Assembly: GCA_041389885.1 (NCBI GenBank) | Contig: JAWKRB010000021.1 | Span: 56,842 to 120,841, forward strand | Origin: Polyangiales bacterium | GTDB taxonomy: Bacteria; Myxococcota_A; Polyangia; Polyangiales; Ga0077539 | Direction of reading: 5' to 3' | Length of the DNA stretch: 64,000 bases | Part shown: piece by piece, positions 61,933-64,000 of the stretch | Layout of the letters: every line of letters starts with the position of its first letter | Position numbering within the stretch: the first letter of the stretch is position 1 | Translations under genes and position numbers: made by a program | The notes under the pieces: model-generated | Database searches by the model: none | Told to the model about the DNA's origin: nothing | What the model saw: the letters and a program-made list of their open reading frames with translations, nothing else

Positions 61933-63918
61933 GTGCGTCATCCCCGCGGCATCGCCACGCTCCTCGCAAGCCTCGCGCTCTGCCCCGCGGCGGCGTCTGC
62001 GCAGGGTCTCGTGGCGCGGCTCCCGGGGCTCGGCCCGACGTCGTTCTCGTTCACGAACACGACGGTCGCGCGGTATCGCGGGCAGAACTTCGACACCAAC
62101 CTCCGCGACGACAACTTCGGCTCGCTGACCGAGCGCCTCGACGCGAGCGCGCTCGCGACGCCGTGGCGGCTCTACCTCCGGGTCGACGGCTTCGTCCCGT
62201 TTCTGCACGACACCACCTGCGCGCCCAACGAGGCCGCGCTCTGCTACCTCAACTGGGACCTCCGCCCTGGAGGCACGGGGCGCGACCGGAGCCAGCGGAG
62301 CGAGGCCGACAACGTCCTCGACAGCGTGCTCCCCGAGCGGCTCTCGCTGCGGTACCAGCGGCGCGGGCTCACCCTCGAGCTCGGGGATTTCTACCAGGTC
62401 TTCGGCCGGGGCGTGGCGCTGTCGTTTCGCAAGGTCGACCCCATCGGCCTCGACACCACGCTCCGCGGCGGTCGCTTCGAGTACGAGCGGGGGCGGCTGA
62501 CGATGCGGGCCTTCGGCGGGTTCTCGAACCCGCAGAACCTCGACCCGATCTCGCTGGGCACCTTCGATGACCCCCGCGACCTGCTCGTGGGCGGCGCCCT
62601 GGCCGCGCGCGTGGGGCCGAACGAAGAGGTCGAGGTGAGCGGCCACGTGGTGCGCGCGATGTTCGAGCGCATCGACGAGGGCAACCGGCAAGACGACGTC
62701 GACGTCGCGGGCTGGCGGGTGGAGGCGGCGTCGCTCTTCGGGGGAGACCTCTCGCTCTACCTCGAGGCCAACGCCCTGCGGCGCACGCAGCGCGAGGGGC
62801 GCGCGTCGATGGACCGCTCGCTGCCGCCGTCGAACGAGCGGTACGGCCGCGCGATCTTCGCCGCCGCGCAGGTGACGCTGGGGCGGTGGACCCTCCTCGC
62901 GGAGTGGAAGGACTACACCCACTACCTCGTCGCCCCCACCGAGAGCTCGAACGTCACGCCGCGCGACGTCGGGAGGATCTACAGCACGGCGCCCTCCCTC
63001 GAGCGCGACGACCAGCGGGTGTTCACCAACGCCAACACCCGGGGCGGTCGCGTTCGACTCGACTACTCGCCGCCGGCGTCGGCGTGGATCTTCTCGCTCA
63101 ACAGCGTCTTCTACGGCTGGGCCGAGACCACCGACCCCCTCGGGAACTTCCTCGACCCCTGGGACGCCGAGCACGGCTACCTCACCACGCACAGCTACCT
63201 CTCCTTTCGTCGACGCTCGCGGCCGGTGCTCACGCCGCAGGCCGGAGGGGGCGGCGGAGGCTCGCGAGCGCCGGCGCCCCAGGGCGGCGCGAACATCTCC
63301 GCGGCGGGCGTGGGCGGCGCGACGGCGACGCGGGTCGCGAGCGGCGATTTCAACCTCCTCGCGACCCTCGGGTACCGCCGCGAATTTCACGCGGGGTCGG
63401 CGTCGTCTGACGGGCGCCTCCCGCCCGCGTACGAGGCCGGAGACATCAAGCACGAGTCGCTGCAGTTCGACATCGACTACGCGTTCCCCGTGGGGGGCAA
63501 CGACTCCATCGAGATCCGCCTCGACCACCGATTCGAGAGAAATTTCACCTTCGACCGCATCGAGGGGAGCGCGCCGCTCTTCGACGCCTCGCGGGGGCTG
63601 TTCAGCACCTCGCGCGGAGGCATCGCGGTGTCGTGGTCCCACGGGCTGCCGCTGGTGGTCTCGGCGAACCTCCGCTGGGACAACACCGCCCGCGCGGTGG
63701 GCGACCGCGGCTTCTTCGACCGCGCCCTGGGCTCCAGCGAGGGCGCCCTGCTCCCCACGCTCTACCCCTCCGCCGAGGTTCGCTGGAACTTCACCGTCTC
63801 CAACTTCGTGCGGGTCTTCGGCGGGATGACCCCCGGCGGCAGGGTGTGCTCCGGCGGCGTGTGCCGAGACGTCCCGCTCTTTCAGGGCGCGGTCGCCGAG
63901 CTCGTGCTGCGCATCTGA
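61933..63918 (+). CDS. Large secreted protein, probably an outer-membrane beta-barrel (possibly DUF6029-like)
   Basis: The signal is IATLLASLALCPAAASAQ. The body is rich in alternating aromatic/Gly/Arg strands. The conserved-looking C-terminal segment is GGRVCSGGVCRDVPLFQGAVAELVLRI. The family assignment is from memory only. Confidence 0.75.
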   Translation: MRHPRGIATLLASLALCPAAASAQGLVARLPGLGPTSFSFTNTTVARYRGQNFDTNLRDDNFGSLTERLDASALATPWRLYLRVDGFVPFLHDTTCAPNEAALCYLNWDLRPGGTGRDRSQRSEADNVLDSVLPERLSLRYQRRGLTLELGDFYQVFGRGVALSFRKVDPIGLDTTLRGGRFEYERGRLTMRAFGGFSNPQNLDPISLGTFDDPRDLLVGGALAARVGPNEEVEVSGHVVRAMFERIDEGNRQDDVDVAGWRVEAASLFGGDLSLYLEANALRRTQREGRASMDRSLPPSNERYGRAIFAAAQVTLGRWTLLAEWKDYTHYLVAPTESSNVTPRDVGRIYSTAPSLERDDQRVFTNANTRGGRVRLDYSPPASAWIFSLNSVFYGWAETTDPLGNFLDPWDAEHGYLTTHSYLSFRRRSRPVLTPQAGGGGGGSRAPAPQGGANISAAGVGGATATRVASGDFNLLATLGYRREFHAGSASSDGRLPPAYEAGDIKHESLQFDIDYAFPVGGNDSIEIRLDHRFERNFTFDRIEGSAPLFDASRGLFSTSRGGIAVSWSHGLPLVVSANLRWDNTARAVGDRGFFDRALGSSEGALLPTLYPSAEVRWNFTVSNFVRVFGGMTPGGRVCSGGVCRDVPLFQGAVAELVLRI

Positions 63919-63928
63919 CCCGCCGCGC

Positions 63929-64000
63929 TCAGGGGCGCTGCTGCGCGAGGTCTTCGGGGGCCATCCAGTAGATCGTCCCGCCCTGGTCGTCGGCGATGAA
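63929..64000 (-). CDS. 3' end of an unidentified minus-strand gene, truncated at the window edge
   Basis: My own translation reads ...FIADDQGGTIYWMAPEDLAQQRP* with good GC3. Only 23 codons are visible. Confidence 0.3.
   Translation of the reverse strand, partial: FIADDQGGTIYWMAPEDLAQQRP

Noticed and set aside
61903-63642. 579-aa minus-strand ORF antisense to the large OM protein gene
   Set aside because: The product is Arg/Glu/Gly/Val-rich and shadow-like. The plus frame has a signal peptide and beta-barrel-like composition.

Overview
This is a very GC-rich chromosomal segment (roughly 70% by eye, not computed). I call about 60 protein-coding genes. The gene content looks like Myxococcota: three Hanks-type Ser/Thr kinases, FG-GAP and Kelch lipoproteins, cysteine-rich repeat proteins, paired OM beta-barrel genes and many lipoproteins. 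The lineage call is an inference from that content.

I found no rRNA, tRNA, CRISPR array, transposase, integrase, prophage or recognisable defence genes.

Two properties of the supplied ORF track matter:
- It reports GTG and TTG starts as M.
- It contains many long Arg/Gly/Ala/Pro-rich shadow ORFs, as expected for high-GC DNA. I rejected these wherever another frame shows family motifs and strong third-position GC.

Start codons were refined by signal peptides, family N-termini, stop/start overlaps and the loss of GC3 bias upstream.

Housekeeping genes recognised: glmS, truA, ftsY, rpiB, fabF, acpP, rnhA, proB, proC, fbaB, an S1-domain protein and an M16 peptidase pair. There is also a tight six-gene operon running regulator, polyprenyl synthase, DAHP synthase, HMG-CoA reductase, ubiE, menA.

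I see no unmistakable novel system. The candidates most worth follow-up are:
1. A translationally coupled pair at 5960-7275: a repeat protein with an Arg-rich signal-like N-terminus and a signal-less diiron-type ferritin-like protein. It sits next to a roughly 120-Cys repeat lipoprotein.
2. A cluster at 59444-63918: TlpA-like, 32-Cys lipoprotein, TlpA-like, large OM protein.
3. A linker-histone-like protein with tripartite architecture, behind the only AT-rich island in the window (41870-42547).
4. An orphan 510-aa protein between an alpha/beta hydrolase and an MFS transporter (43930-47580).
5. Two output-less HAMP membrane proteins flanking a HEAT-repeat protein (29660-32348).

All functional calls rest on motif recognition by eye. 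No searches were run.
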